From the human T2T-CHM13v2.0 reference genome, Homo sapiens, in assembly GCF_009914755.1 (NCBI RefSeq), contig NC_060925.1: a DNA stretch of 64,000 bases. One strand, written 5' to 3'. Below, piece by piece: positions 30,976 to 51,074 of the stretch (the stretch's first letter is position 1; each line of letters begins with the position of its first letter). Made by a program: the position numbers and the translations under genes. The notes beneath the pieces are model-generated. The model made no database searches, was not told the DNA's origin, and worked only from the letters and a program-made list of their open reading frames with translations.

Positions 30976-32091
30976 ATTTTTAAAATTGGGATGTAATTTA
31001 TAGGCAACAAAGTGCACAAATCTTGAGTGTACAGATCCACTGTTACATATGTAATTTCCATCAGATAAAGATATAGGAATTTTCAGAACCCCATAATGTC
31101 TCCTTATGCACTATATCAGCTAATACCCCTCAAGAAATATTATCACTATTCTGAACTCTATCATCATACAATATTTTACCTGAACTTTATATAAAAAGAG
31201 AACCCAAAGAGGGTAATTTTTCATGTCTTCTTTTGCTCAACTTTATGTCTGTGAGGTTCACCCATGTTATTGCATCCAGTTAATCATTTGTCATTGCTGT
31301 GTAGTATTCCAGATACAACTATACCACAATGTATTCATTCTACTGTTGACTAACATTTGGTTCACTTCAAATTCGGGGCTATTACTATTAATGCTGCTAT
31401 GAGTATGCTATATACATGTCTTTTAGTGGACATATGCATTCATTTCTCTTGGGTATATACTCAGCCCAGGAGCTGAGTTGCCCAGTCATGCATTATATGT
31501 TTGCTTAGCTTTAGTAGATGCTGCCTAGTAGTTTTCTAAAATGTTTATGGAAATTTATACTCACATAAGCAATATATGAGACTCCTAGTTTCTTTATATC
31601 TTCACCAACTCTTAGATTTCTCAGCCTATTCACTTTAGTCATTCTAAAATTAGATGGATATGAGGTGCTACCTTATGGTAGTTTTAATTTGCCTGTACTT
31701 GATAGATAATGACGTTGAACACTTTTAGAAATGTTTATTAGCCATTTGGATATCTTCTTTTGCAAAATGCCTATCCAAGTCTTTTGATCTTTTTGAAACT
31801 TGTGTTGTCAGTCTTTTTAAAAAATTGCTCTGAAAAGGTTCATGATATAGTCCAGTTATGAGTTCTTTTTCCAAAATATGTATTGCAAACATTCTCTCCC
31901 CAGTTGCGGTTTGCCTTTATACTGTCTTAAGTTTGTGACTGGTTGGGGAGAAGTTTTTTATTTTAATGAAGTCAATTACTAGTCTTTCTTTCAGTTATTC
32001 TTATGCCCTGTTTAAAAAGTCTTTGCCTCGCCAGGCGCGGTGGCTCACGCCTGTAATCCCAGCACTTTTGGAGGCCAAGGTGGGCAGATCA

Positions 32092-32199
<108 letters not shown>

Positions 32200-32382
32200 T
32201 CAAGAAAAAAAGAAAAAGAAAAAGAAATCTTTGCCTACCTGAAGGTTATGAAGATATTCTCCCATGGTTTGTTTTGAAAGCTTTATCCTTTTACACATAC
32301 GTCTATGCTCCATCCCCAATTAATTTATACGGATGATGTAAGGTAGGGATATAGTTCATTTTTTTCTCTACCATTTATTTAA

Positions 32383-32744
<362 letters not shown>

Positions 32745-34122
32745 TGATCCACCTGCCTCAGCCTCCCAAAGTGCTGGGATTACAGGCATGAGCCACCGCA
32801 CCCAGCCTAATTACACACTCTTAAAGCAATACACGTCTTGACTTTCGCTTTGAGCAATGATGGAGTAATAGGGCCCATGCTTATGCTTCTACCAAAATAA
32901 CTAGGAAACATGACAAAATATGAAACTATTTTTTTCATACATCAGACAAATGGTACAGAACTGTGAACTTGAGAAAAGGAAAATAAGCATAGTAAGCCCT
33001 ATGAATCCTAAACTTTCTCCCTGAGGATACATTCTGGACCATGGTGCAGGATAACAGATCCCAGGAGAGTATGGAAGTCTTGTTTAGTTGAGGTGAACAG
33101 AAACTGGCACTCATGGAGCCTACAGTAGTTGCAAATAGCAGGGCAAAGTTATACATAAGAAGAACTCTATAGAAAAGGAGCTTCAGAAATCTGTTTAGGG
33201 GTCCCCTTGAGTTTATGCCAAAGTCTAAGCCATGCACAAAAGGGTGAACACCACAAAGCTAGATAAAGAACATGTAGAGAGTTGTAAAGTGGAAATTTAT
33301 CAGAGCTCACACAAGGTTAGGACACATTCAAGCTCTGACCAGCCAGAGTGAAGAGTCTTCATTAAACACCCTTGGCATTTAGTAAAGAACAGAAGGGTCA
33401 TGTATTAGTAGTAGAGCAAAATTATCTGTAGATCTGGCTGAGCACAGTGGCTCAAGCCTGTAATCACAGCATTTTGGGAGGCCAAGATGGGTGGATCACT
33501 TGAGGCCAGGAGTTTGAGACCAACCTGGCCAATATGACAAAACCCCATCTCTACTAAAAATACAAAGCTTAGCTGGGTGTGCTGGCGCATGCCTGTAGTT
33601 CCAGCTACTCAGAAGGCTGAGGCATGAGAATCACTTGAACCCGCGAGTTGGAGGTTGCAGTGAGCCAAGATGGCGCCACTGTGCTCCAGCCTGTCTGGGC
33701 AACAGAGGGAGATTCTGTCTCAAAACAAACGAACAAACAAAAATCTGTAGAGTAGAGACTATTCCAGACCAGCTCTCATAAAACTTAAAAACAAGACTCA
33801 ATCCTCAATATCAAGAGGATCAATATGATCTTAAAGTAACTTAGCTGCCTCACGGGACAAAGGCCAAATTTCTTTAGAGAAAGCCACTAAAATTCTGTAA
33901 CATACATTTCACAATGCCTAACATCCAATCCAAAAATAACAGATACACCAAGAAACAGCAAATGTGATCCATAAACAAAAGAAAAAATAGTCAATAAAAA
34001 CAACATCAGAAATGAGAAAGATTATGGAATTAGAAAACAAAATAGCTATCATAGATATGTTTAATATATTCAGGAATGTGAAGAAAAATATGAATATAAT
34101 GAAAAGAGAAATGGAAGATTTA

Positions 34123-34488
<366 letters not shown>

Positions 34489-35300
34489 TTATTAGCAAAT
34501 TAGAAACTGGAGAAAAAATATCAGTGACACAATAAAAACTACTCAAAAGGAAGAATAGAGAGAGGAAGAAAGGGTGGGAAAAATAAACAGAGACTCAATG
34601 GAACAATTTCAAGTGGTTGAATATATTTGTAATTGGAGTCACGGAAAAACAGGAGGAGGAAGACAAAATACTATTTTAAGAAACAATCCAAAACTTGTCC
34701 AAATATGGTAAAACCTCTCAAGTTGTTGATCCACAAAGCCCAAAGAACCCAGAGCAGCATAAACACCAAAAAAAGCACATAAAGGCACATCATACTTAAA
34801 TTCCTAAAAAGTGGTGATAAAGGGAAAATATTAACAGCAATCAGGACAAAACACAAAATACGAATAAGAGAAACATAAATAAGGATGGAAGCAAATTTCT
34901 TATCAGAAACACAGCAAGTTCCAGAAGACAAGGAATAACATCTTGAAAGTACTGAACAGAAAACAAAAGCAAAAAAACTCCATCAACCTAGAACTCTATA
35001 TGCAGAGAAGATATTCTTCTAAAATGAAGAAAATGAGCGAACTGATGGTATGTAAATTACACTTCAATAATGCTGTTTTGAAAATCAAGAGAAGCTGAAG
35101 TTTGTTTCAGACCAAAATAAACTGAGATAATTCATAGTCACCAGGCCTGCACTTGCAGAGATATTAAAGGAAATTCTTAAGGTAGAAGAAAAATTATCCT
35201 AGATGAAAACATGGATCTACACAAAGGAATAAAAAGTGCTGGAAACAGTGCCTATGAAAACATTTTTATTATTTTTTAAAGTCTGTAAACCATAATTAAC

Positions 35301-35480
35301 GGAGGGGACATGGGGAGTTATTCAGCGGATGTAGAGTTTCAGTCATGCAGAATAGGGAGGTTCTGGGGATTTGTCACACAACAAAGGGCATGTAGTTGAT
35401 AATATTATAGTTTTACTTGGAAATTGTTGGGAGGGTGAATTGTATGCTATGTGGTTTTTTTCTGCCACGATAAAAAAAAA
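35301..35480 (+). mobile_element. Short L1MB/MA-type 3' end insertion with polyA
   Basis: GTAGAGTTTCAGT...GGTTCTGG...CCACGATAAAAAAAAA; degenerate TSD CATAATTAA/CATAACTGA. Confidence 0.7.
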
Positions 35481-35814
35481 CATAACTGATGTTTAAAGAA
35501 AAAATAGTAATAATTTGTTATAGGAGTTTATAACATATGTAGAAATAAAATGCATGGCAACACTAGTACAAAGGATGGGAGGGAGGGCACAGAAGTATAC
35601 TCTTGTGAAGTTCTCATATAATAGGTGAAATGTGAAGTAGAATAATATTAGTTGGAAGTTAATAGAAATAAGTTTATATATATATATATGGTAAATCCTA
35701 GAACCACCACTAAACAAACAAAACAAAGAATGTAGCTAATAAGCCAGTAGTGCGTGGAGATTAACTAAGAATTTTAAAATACTAACTCCAAAAGAAAATG
35801 GGAGAAGAGGATAA

Positions 35815-38525
<2,711 letters not shown>

Positions 38526-38930
38526 AAATGAGTGGCACTTACATATACACCATGGAATACTATGCAGCCATAAAAAAGGATGAGTTCATGTCCTTTGTAG
38601 GGACATGGATGAAGCTGGAAACCATCATTATCAGCAAACTATCGCAAGGACAAAAAACCAAGCACCACATGTTCTCACTCATAGGTGGGAATTGAACAAT
38701 GAGAACACTTGGACACAGCAAGGGGAACATCACACACCGGGGCCTGTCGTGGGGTGGGGGAGGGGGGAGGGATAGCAGTAGAAGATATACCTAATGTAAA
38801 TGACAAGTTAATGGGTGTAGCACACCAACATGGCACATGTATACATATGTAACAAACCTGCACGTTGTGCACATGTACCCTAGAACTTAAAGTATAATAA
38901 ATAAAATAATAAAAAAATAAAAGAAAAAAA
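38526..38930 (+). mobile_element. Second L1PA 3' end (older, L1PA4/5-like) directly after the first
   Basis: CATATACACCATGG...CCCTAGAACTTAAAGTATAATAAA with different diagnostic bases from the upstream copy. Confidence 0.9.
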
Positions 38931-39779
38931 GCAATATGGTAAATTTAAAATCAACCATGTCAATAATTACATTAATTGTAAATAGAACACTCCAATAAAG
39001 TGCCAGAGATTGTCCACTTTATTTTTATTTTATTTATTCTTTATTTATTTATTTTTGGAGAGAGAATCTTGCTCTGTCACCCAGGCTGGAGTGCAGTGGT
39101 ATGATCTCGGTTCACTGCAACCTCCATCTCCTGGGTTCATGTGATTCTTGTGTCTCAGCCACTTGAGCAGCTGGGACTACAGGCAGGCACCACCACTCCC
39201 TGCTATTTATTTTTATTTATTTATTTATTGTATTTTTAGTAGAAATGGGGTTTTGCCACGTTGCCCAGGGTGGTCTTGAACTCCTGAACTCAGGCAATCT
39301 GCCCGCCTTGGCCTCCCAAAGTGCTAGGATTACAGGCGTGAGCCATATTTATTTATTTATTGGAGCTTTGTCATCCAAGCTGGAGTGCAGTGGCACAATC
39401 ATGGCTCACTGCAGCCTCAACTTCCCGAGGCTCAAGTGATCCTCCCACCTCAGCCTCCTGAGTAGCTGGGACTACAGGCACATGCCACCACACCTAGCTA
39501 GTTTTTGTATTTTTTGTAGAGATGAGTTTTGCCATGTTGCTGAGCCTGGTCTTGAACCCCTGGCCTCAAGTGATCCTCCCACCTCGGCCTCCCAAAGTGT
39601 GGGGATTACAGATGTGAGCCACTGAGCCCAGCTAATTGTCCATGCCTGGCGCAGTGGCTCATGCCTGTTAATTCCAACACTTTAGGAGGCCCAGGTGGGC
39701 AGATCACTTAAGGCTAGAAGTTTGGGACCAGCCTGGCTAACATGGCAAAACCCCATCTCCACTAAAAATACAAAAATTA

Positions 39780-39941
<162 letters not shown>

Positions 39942-41951
39942 CTAAAAGTAAAAGGATTGAAAAGATACAGCATGCAACAAAATAAAGTGAAGTGACTATA
40001 TTAGTATCTAACAAAGTAGACTTCAAAACAAGGACTATTACCAGCAATAAAGAGCTACATTTCATAATAGTAAGGAGTTGATTAAACAAGAGGGCATAAT
40101 AACTCTAAATTTACATTCATCTAATAAAAGAGCTTTAAGCAGCATAAAGCAAAAACTGAGAGAAGAGAAAAACAATAGACATATCTGCAATTATAGTTAG
40201 AAATTTCAATACTCCTCTCTCAGTAATTGATAGAACAAGGAGACAAAAATTAGTAAATACGTAGAAGACTTGAAAATTATCAACCAACCTGACCTAATTG
40301 GCATTAATAGAAGACTCTACCAACACAGAAGAATAAATATTTTTCTCAAGTGCATAGGGAACGTACACCAAAATAAGACCATACACTGAGCCACAAAATA
40401 AATCTCAATAAATTCAAAAGGATTTCAATCATACAGAATGTGTTCTCTGGTCATAACAAAATTACATTAAAAGTAAAAAACAGCCATATATTAAAATAAC
40501 TTGTGTCTAGGAATTAACATAGTTTTAAATAATTCATGGTCAAAGAAAATATCACAAGAGAAATTAGAAAATACTTAAAACTGAATAAAAATGAAAGCAC
40601 AACACATCAAAATGTGTAAGGGTATGGCTAAAGTAGTGCTTAGCAAAGAATGTGTACTTTTTTAATTTTTTTTGAGACAGAGTCTTGCTCTGCTGCCCAG
40701 GCTGGAGTGCAATGGCGTGATCTCAGCTCACTGCAACTTCCACCTCCTGGGTTCAAGCAATTCTCCTGCTTCAGTGCCTGGGATTACAGGCACCTGCCAC
40801 CACGCCTGGCTACTTTTTGTATTTTTAGTACAGACAGGGTTTCACCATGCTGGCCAGGCTGCTATCAAACTCCCGACCTCAGGCAATCTGCCCGCCTCGG
40901 CCTCCCAAAGTGCTGGGATTACAGGCATGAGCCACCGAGCCCGGCCAAGCTTTCTAATATAAGCTTCTAAACGCTTATATTAGAAAAGAATACAGGTCAA
41001 AAATCAATAATCTAAGACTCCACCTTCAGAAAAAAAAAAGAAGCATATATTAAACTCAAAGAGAGTTTCCTTCTACTTATTAGTAGAAAGAAAGAAATAA
41101 TGAAGATAAGAGCAAAATAAAAAAAGTAGAAAACAAATAATAGAAAAATCGCCGGGCACGGTGGCATGTGCCTGTAATCCCAGCTACTCGGGAGGCTGAG
41201 GCAGGAGAATTACTTGAACTCAGGAGGCAGAGGTTGCAGTGAGCCAAGGCCAGCCACTCCAGCCTGGGTGACAGAGCAAGAATCTGTCTCAAAAAAAGGA
41301 AAAAGAAAAAAATCAATGAAATTTAAAGCTGTTCTTTAAAAGGTCAATAAAATTTATAAACCTTTAATTACAAAAAGAAGACACAATTTATTGATGTCAA
41401 ATATGAAAGGGGAAACATCATGATCCTACAGGGATTAAAATGATAACAAGATAATCTTATGGCGATTTTGTCTAATAAATTCAACAATTTGGACGTAATT
41501 GACAAATTCCATGGAAGAAACAAATAGCTAATACTGACTGGAGAAAAAATGGAAAACTTCAATAGCTCTATATTCTTGAAGCATTGGGCCAGGCACGGTG
41601 GCTCACACCTGTAATCCCAGCACTTTGGGAGGCTGAGGTGGGAGAATCACTTGAGTTTGAGACCAGCCTGGGCAACACAGGGAGACCTCATCGCTACAAA
41701 AAATAAAAATAAAAATAAAAAAACAATCCAGGTGTGGTGACACATGCCTGTGGTCCCAGCTACTCAGGAGGCTGAGGTGGGAGCATCGCTTGAGCCTGGG
41801 GGGTCGAGGCTGCAGTGAGCCATGATCGCAACACTGCACTCCAACCTGGGCAACAAAATGAGATCCCATTTAAAAAAAATTGATTTTCTAATTAAAAACC
41901 TTCCCACAAAGAAACCTCTCAACCCAGATGAATTCTGGTGAATTCTATCAT

Positions 41952-42460
41952 TGTTCCATCCAGCTGAACCCATAGCTAGAGTTTCCCCAAAAGCAATGGC
42001 AGGGGAATTCCTTCAAGGGTCTACTCCACAGCTTCTGGATATGGGGCTGGTTCGAATTCCAAAGAAAGAGGCACTAAACACCAAGGTGATCAGTCCAAAA
42101 CATGTATTAGGGCAATTTATAGCCTGATGCAGTGATCATTGCATTGAACAGTGAGAGAAAGAGAGGTTCTGCCTAAGTATGTCTGCAAGGAAGGGGATCA
42201 GGTTATGGAGTTGATATGAGGGTTTAAGGAATTTGGCTCAGAGTAAGAGCTAGTTTTTTCTACATGTTTAGCAATGTGTATTTCAGGCAACAACCTAAAC
42301 AAGTTTATCAGTGTCTGGGAATATTCAAGGCCCAGGTTTGGGTTCAAACCTGCATATGATAAAACATGCAGCTGGCCAGGGCACAGAGCAGTCAAGGCAC
42401 TCTGTGTTTCTCTGTCCGAACAAGAGGAAAAATGGGAAGAACTGAGGGACCCTAGAAACA
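41952..42460 (-). mobile_element. Probable ERV solo LTR, family not identified
   Basis: TGTT...AACA termini interrupting L1 ORF2 sequence that resumes afterwards. Confidence 0.45.
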
Positions 42461-43884
42461 TCAAATAAGAAATAATACCTTCTACACAAAACGTTTTCAG
42501 AAAATAGATAAAAACGTTTCCCAACTTGTTTATAAGATCAGCATTACTGTATTACCAAGGTCATACAAAAACCTCTCAAGAACAGAAAGCTATTGGTCAA
42601 TACACCTCATGAATATAAATACAAAAAGTCTACAACAAATATTAGCAAACTGAATCAAGCATGAAATTTAAAAATATGTCTTGATACCTGAAGTGTAAGT
42701 ATTCCAAATTAGTTCTTCTGTCAAGACTGCCTTGGCTATTCTAGGTCTTTTATATTTCTAATATGAATTTTCGAATCGGCTTGTCAATTTCCACAAAAAT
42801 AACCCTGTTTGGATTGTTACTGGATTGTATTAAATCTATGGATCAATTTGAGGGGCACTGGCATTTTAAAAACATTGAGACTTCCAATTCATGAGCATGG
42901 TATATCCCTTCATTTATATAAATCTTCTTTAAGAATATCTTAAACATTTTGTAGTTTGCAGTTTATAAGTCAAGAACATCTTTCACTGGCTTTGTTCATA
43001 GGATTTGTGTGTGTGTGTGTGTTTGTGCGTATGAGTGCATACACTATAGTGACTGATACTATTTTATTTTATTTCCTAATTATATGCTTCAATACCATTG
43101 TTTTTGCACATTGATCTTATATCCAGTGGCCTTGGTAAATTCATTTTTAAATTCTAATAGTCAATTCTTTGGATTTGTACACAATTATCTACAAGTATTG
43201 ATAGTTTTATTTCTTCCTTTCCCATCTTTTTAATATTTATTTCTTTTTCTTTCTTTATTGCACCAAGCAACGAAACTAAACCTCATAGGCACATAATAGT
43301 CAAACAGCCGAAATCCAAAGACAGTAGGAAGTCTTAAAATCATACAGAAGAAAAGACACATTTCAGTCAAAGGAGTAACAAGACTGATAAATATTTTTCC
43401 AAAGGAAATATGCAAGCCAGAAGACAATATAATGACATCTTTAAAGTGTTGAGGGGGGAAAGAACTGGAAACCTAGAAAAAATTCTTCAAAAATAAAGGT
43501 AAAAAGGTAAGGTGAGATGGTTCATGCTTGTAATCCCAACACTCTGGGAGGCTGAGGCAGGAGGACTGCTTGAGGCCAGGAGTTCAAGATCAATCTGGGA
43601 AACATAACGAGACCTCATCTCTATAGAAAATTTAAAAATTAGCCAGGGGGATAACACATACCTGTAGTCCCAGCTGCTCAGGAGGCTGAGGCAGAAGGAT
43701 TGCTCCTGCCCAGGAGTTTGGGTGGGATTGGGCAATGATCACACCACTGCACTCCAGCCTGGGTAACACAGTAAGTGAGACTCTGTCTCTAAATAAATAA
43801 ATAATTAAGGTGAAATAAGAAATTTTTCAGAGCTAGGTTGGGTGCTGTGGCTCACGCCTGTAATCCCAGCACTTTGGGAGGCTA

Positions 43885-44148
<264 letters not shown>

Positions 44149-44555
44149 TCATTAATAGATCTGTAACACAATAAAAACTAAGGTAGACCATAATAAGTCA
44201 ATATTGTAATCTCTAGGGTAAACATTAAAGGAATTATAAAAGAATATATAACAAAAGAGTTAATAGAAGTGAAAAAAATTAAGAATATCTGATTAATTCA
44301 AAAGAAGGCAAGAAAAATACATAAAACAACAACAAAAAGGTGAGACGAAGAGAAAACAAATAGCAAGATGGTAGATTTAAACCAAAGCATATTAGTAATT
44401 ACACTAAGTGTAAATGAACTGAACAATCAAATTAAGAGATAATGTTGATCTAATTAGATAAAAAACAAAAACCAACTATTTGGTTTTTATGAGATTCACT
44501 TTACATAAAATGAGGCAGAAAGATTGAAAATAAACCATGGAAAGGATCTACATTA

Positions 44556-45065
<510 letters not shown>

Positions 45066-45276
45066 TCAACACTGTTACACTGGGAACTAGGTCTTCAGTA
45101 CATACATTTTGGCAGACAAATCATATTAAACCATAGCAATGCCTTTTATCAGTTTTGAAAAGTTCTTGGCTTTCATTTCTTTAAATATGCCATCTGCCCC
45201 ATCTCTCCTCTCTTCTGGCACTACATTTACAAGCATAATGGCATTTTGATTGATCCCACATGTATTTTATGACCTA

Positions 45277-45760
<484 letters not shown>

Positions 45761-47752
45761 AATTTATTCTTAATTCTCTTTACATTCTGTTTGGATATTT
45801 TCTAATGACCCGTCTTCAAGTTGGCTAATTTTATTATTATCTACATTGAGTCCTCTCTTAAGTCCATTCAAGGAATTCCTAATTTCAGATGTACTTTTTA
45901 GTTCGAAATGTCCATTTGGTCCTTTTTTTTTTTTTTTTTTTTTGGAAAAAGGAGAAACTCAGTCTTATTTTTTGTTTTCTTGGCAAATGGTGATACCTGG
46001 GGAGTTTAATCAGAGTTGGGCTGTAGGCTCAGTTTGGAAGCCCAACTCTGACCAGTCATTGCCAATCACAGTCTTTGCTAAGAAGTAGTGTTAGAAGGGG
46101 ACCCTTCTGGCAAATACCATTCTCTGTTCCATTTGCAGTGGAAATCTGTAAGCATTTCTTTTAGCAGGGGGTATAAGCTGCTGTTCCCATTTGCTCAAGT
46201 TTGTCCCACCTTGTGATAACAGCAGGCTTTTCAGAATGGTCATTCCTCTGAATTAGCCAGAGGAATCTATTTTTTCAGCACAGCCTCTTGTTTTAGTTAA
46301 AATTCACAATGCAGAAGATAAATTATAGCACAGAATTTCAAACGTCTCCGCTTCTGACATTTGTGCTGCTAATTAGTTTCTGCTCATTGTTACATTCCAT
46401 CTTCTCTGTTTTACTTTGGAAAAAAATACATAAATGTAAATACATTTTCACATATTCAAATTTCCACTTCAATATTCAGAAGTAGATGTATAGTTTCAGA
46501 GTCTGTTCAGAGCATGTGACATGTGTTTAGATGCCACATTTCATATTCAATCATATTGTATTTTATTTATACAGCACCATAGAAGCAAATCTGCTCAAAC
46601 AAAGCCCAATTAAGAACAAAATCTTACTTGGGAGGCTGAGGTGGGAGGATTGCTTGAGCCCAGGAGGTCAAGGCTGCAGTGAGCCATGATCACACACACC
46701 ACTGCGCTCTGGCCTGGGCAACAGAGAGAGACAAAAAAAAAAAAAAAAAAAAAATCCAGCATTCCATAACCTCCATTTTTTAACTGGAGGTTAAAAAAAA
46801 ACTCAAAATAATGAGTATTTTATCTCCAAATATCAGTTGCATCCCATTTGTAAGAATTATCACCACTACCAATTGACCCCTGATATATCCAAGCACCATA
46901 TGAAATGTCTTATGGATGCTGCCTCCTCCTTTACACCTGGGAAAAACTGGGCATGTGGAAGGGCAACATTTTGCTAAGAGTCTATAGTTGGAGCATGATG
47001 GAGCTGAGATTTTATCCTAGGTCTCTCTAACTCCAGATCCCATGCTTTTTCCCATCTGTATTCCAGGCTTTCACCATGCCTTAATTTCCAAGCAGAATTT
47101 GACAATCCAAGCAAAATGATTTTAATTAATTGGAATATTAGACTTTCCATTTTCTTTCAAACCAAAATGATATCTAATTTTTTCTCAGCTGACATTTTTA
47201 CAAAGACAGTTTTCTCCTGTGATTCCCCCTTGCCTCCGAAAACTGCTGCTGTACTTAGAGTGTTCAAGGGTAACCTACCCCACCTCTAACTTCCTCTAAT
47301 GCCCCAGGATAAAAGCCCTGGTAGCTTACAGGATGTCGGGAGGACCTGGAACACTCATCCTCCTGAATGGCTGAAGCCAATAAAATATTTGATAGCAGAC
47401 TTTTCTTACTTTGTTTCCATCAGTGTTGAAATGCTAGTGATTCCTTCTTCCCAGATATCTCTGGTGAAATTTTACCATGTAACATAAATTACTAATGTTT
47501 ATTGATAGATTTGCTTCTGGCAAGAGGTCAATTAATTTGTTGTACTTTATAGGGTTTGGACTGAGAGAAATTATACAACATCGAATTCTGTTTATTAGCT
47601 GTTATTGTATTGTAAAAGAATCCCACATCCTGCTAATGTTATCTATAGTTGTCAAATCAATAATTTTATTCCTTTTTATGAATTCCAATTGTTAAAAAAT
47701 ATCCATTTTTCACTCATTTGTTAATATTTTCCTCTATTTTAAAATCACTTTA

Positions 47753-49005
47753 TTTGTTTATTTATTTTTTTATTGATCATTCTTGGGTGTTTCTCGCAGA
47801 GGGGGATTTGGCAGGGTCATAGGACAATAGTGGAGGGAAGGTCAGCAGATAAACAAGTGAACAAAGGTCTCCGGTTTTCCTAGGCAGAGGACCCTGCGGC
47901 CTTCCGCAGTGTTTGTGTCCCTGGGTACTTGAGATTAGGGAGTGGTGATGACTCTTAAGAGCATGCTGCCTTCAAGCATCTGTTTAACAAAGCACATCTT
48001 GCACCGCCCTTAATCCATTTAACCCTGAGTGGACACAGCACATGTTTCAGAGAGCACAGGGTTGGGGGTAAGGTCACAGATCAACAAGATCCCAAGGCAG
48101 AATAATTTTTCTTAGTACACAACAAAATGAAAAGTCTCCCATGTATACTTCTTTCTACACAGACACGGCAACCATCCAATTTCTCAATCTTTTCCCCACC
48201 TTTCCCCCCTTTCTATTCCACAAAACCGCCATTGTCATCATGGCCCGCTATCAATGAGCTGTTGGGTACACCTCCCAGACGGGGTGGTGGCCTGGCAGAG
48301 GGGCTCCTCACTAACCAGTAGGGGCGGCCGGGCAGAGGCGCCCCTCACCTCCCGGACGGGGCGGCTGGCCTGGCGGGGGGCTGACCCCCCCACCTCCCTC
48401 CCGGATGGGGTGGCTGCCGGGCGGAGACGCTCCTCACTTCCCAGACGGGGTGGCCGCCGGGCGGAGGGGCTCCTCACCTCTCAGACGGAGCGGCTGCAGG
48501 GCGGAGGGGCTCCTCACCTCTCAGACGGGGCGGTTGCCAGGCAGAGGGTCTCCTCACTTCTCAGACGGGGCGGCCGGGCAGAGACGCTCCTCACCTCCCA
48601 GACGGGGTCGCCGCTGGGCAGAGGCGCTCCTCACATCCCAGACGGGGCGGCGGGGCAGAGGCGCTCCCCACATCTCAGACGATGGGCGGCCGGGCAGAGA
48701 CGCTCCTCACTTCCTAGATGTGATGGCGGCCGGGAAGAGGCGCTCCTCACCTCCTAGATGGGATGGCGGCCGGGCAGAGACGCCCCTCACCTTCCAGACT
48801 GGGCAGCCAGGCAGAGGGGCTCCTCACATCCCAGACGATGGGCGGCCAGGCAGAGACGCTCCTCACTTCCCAGATGGGGTGGCGGCTGGGAAGAAGCTGC
48901 AATCTTGGCATTTTGGGAGGCCAAGGCAGGCGGCTGGGAGGTGGAGGCTGTAGCAAGCCGAGATCACGCCACTGCACTCCAGCCTGGGCTCCATTGAGCA
49001 CTGAG
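47753..49005 (-). mobile_element. SVA retrotransposon, 5'-truncated (C/D-like subfamily)
   Basis: T-rich tail, SINE-R, VNTR ~48270-48890, partial Alu-like domain; 14-bp TSD TTAAAATCACTTTA at 47739-47752 and 49006-49019. Confidence 0.97.
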
Positions 49006-49085
49006 TTAAAATCACTTTAATTATCATTATATCATTACATTATTATAATTATTTAATTATAGTTTGGGTTTTTTTTAAATAGTTT

Positions 49086-50787
<1,702 letters not shown>

Positions 50788-51074
50788 TAACTACCAAAAG
50801 TCTTGCAATTGTAAAAGCCCTCTGTACGAATTAAGCCCAATACTCAGTTCATACACAGAACAAGCAAATGTTCCCAGGAAGAAAACATCCCATGACCATC
50901 AGCTCAACTCAGAAGGGATACTCCCTGTCTGAATTCCAATTCTAGTCATTGTTGTTTCCACAGCTCTCCAGTATCTTAAACATATGATTTTTGTCATGTA
51001 TTTGGCTTTTTCTCGTTATTGCAAACAAGAGTGCAGTGTTAGGGTGCTACCTCCTATACAAATCAGAATCTCAA

